From positions 288,001 through 352,000 of the forward strand of contig OY781066.1 in the NCBI GenBank assembly GCA_963676395.1: 64,000 bases of DNA, written 5' to 3'. Below the pieces are notes generated by a model, which did not search any database, was not told where the DNA came from, and was given only the letters and a program-made list of their open reading frames with translations. Both the position numbers and the translations under genes were made by a program. Numbering within the stretch: the first letter of the stretch is position 1; each line of letters opens with the position of its first letter. This DNA comes from a bacterium (GTDB lineage Bacteria; Fidelibacterota; Fidelibacteria; Fidelibacterales; Fidelibacteraceae). Positions 63,649 to 64,000 of this stretch are shown here, one piece after another.

Positions 63649-64000
63649 TTCTCCTCTTCACAATCAATAGGATGTACGGTCCAATCGTTTTCGGGTATCC
63701 ATTCTTTCACTTCGCCGTCTGGGGTTAACAATACGACGCGTTTTATATTGGCATTTGCGATCTGAGCTTTACATTGATAACAAACAAATTCATGCCCGCA
63801 AATATAAATTGTTGAATTATGTGTTGCATGCCCATTCCTGGCAGCTAAAGCAATAGCATTCGATTCAGCGTGTGAACCAACCGCACGACAACGCTCCAAT
63901 TGAGTCCCGGATTTAATATTATGCCTATCACGATAACAGAACCCGATCTCTATACAATTCTTCTGATATTGAGGAGAGCCGTTATAACCCGTTGATATAA
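63636..64000 (-). CDS. dCMP deaminase family protein, 5' end outside window
   Basis: Frame open to window edge: ISTGYNGSP...HAESNAI...CYQC zinc motifs. Confidence 0.88.
   Translation of the reverse strand, partial: ISTGYNGSPQYQKNCIEIGFCYRDRHNIKSGTQLERCRAVGSHAESNAIALAARNGHATHNSTIYICGHEFVCYQCKAQIANANIKRVVLLTPDGEVKEWIPENDWTVHPIDCEEEKCTC

Overview
Chromosomal window from a low-GC, probably anaerobic FCB-superphylum bacterium (Marinimicrobia/Cloacimonadota/Calditrichota-like). This is inferred from NPFNP-type T9SS/FlgD C-terminal sorting domains together with canonical TTGACA/TATAAT-type promoters and GGAG Shine-Dalgarno sites. Most of it is housekeeping: the end of the dcw cluster (ftsW-murG-murC-ftsQ-ftsA-ftsZ), thrA-asd-thrB/thrC, nagA, trxB, eno, ftsB, PPi-PFK, fbaA, gcvT, ferredoxin-mrp, ligA, dacB, glgC and a dCMP deaminase. 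Three regions stand out. (1) A 1.6-kb gene-free interval (38937-40548) holds a complete predicted small-RNA gene on the minus strand (consensus promoter, two hairpins, a single-stranded (CU)n tract, terminator). It also holds an oppositely oriented array of at least 7 (CT)n motifs at about 21-nt spacing, mostly in loops of short stems, and a cluster of DnaA-box-like 9-mers. (2) An AT-rich decaying island (about 6900-11400) has two tandem cassettes of [intact secreted protein + translationally coupled, inactivated metzincin protease], preceded by a frameshifted T9SS cargo fragment. (3) A cluster of three CPA2 cation/H+ antiporters is each paired with a PTS EIIA domain, and two of those EIIA domains are fused to a P-II-like domain. 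No rRNA, tRNA, CRISPR array or transposase was recognised. All calls come from reading the sequence by eye, without database searches.
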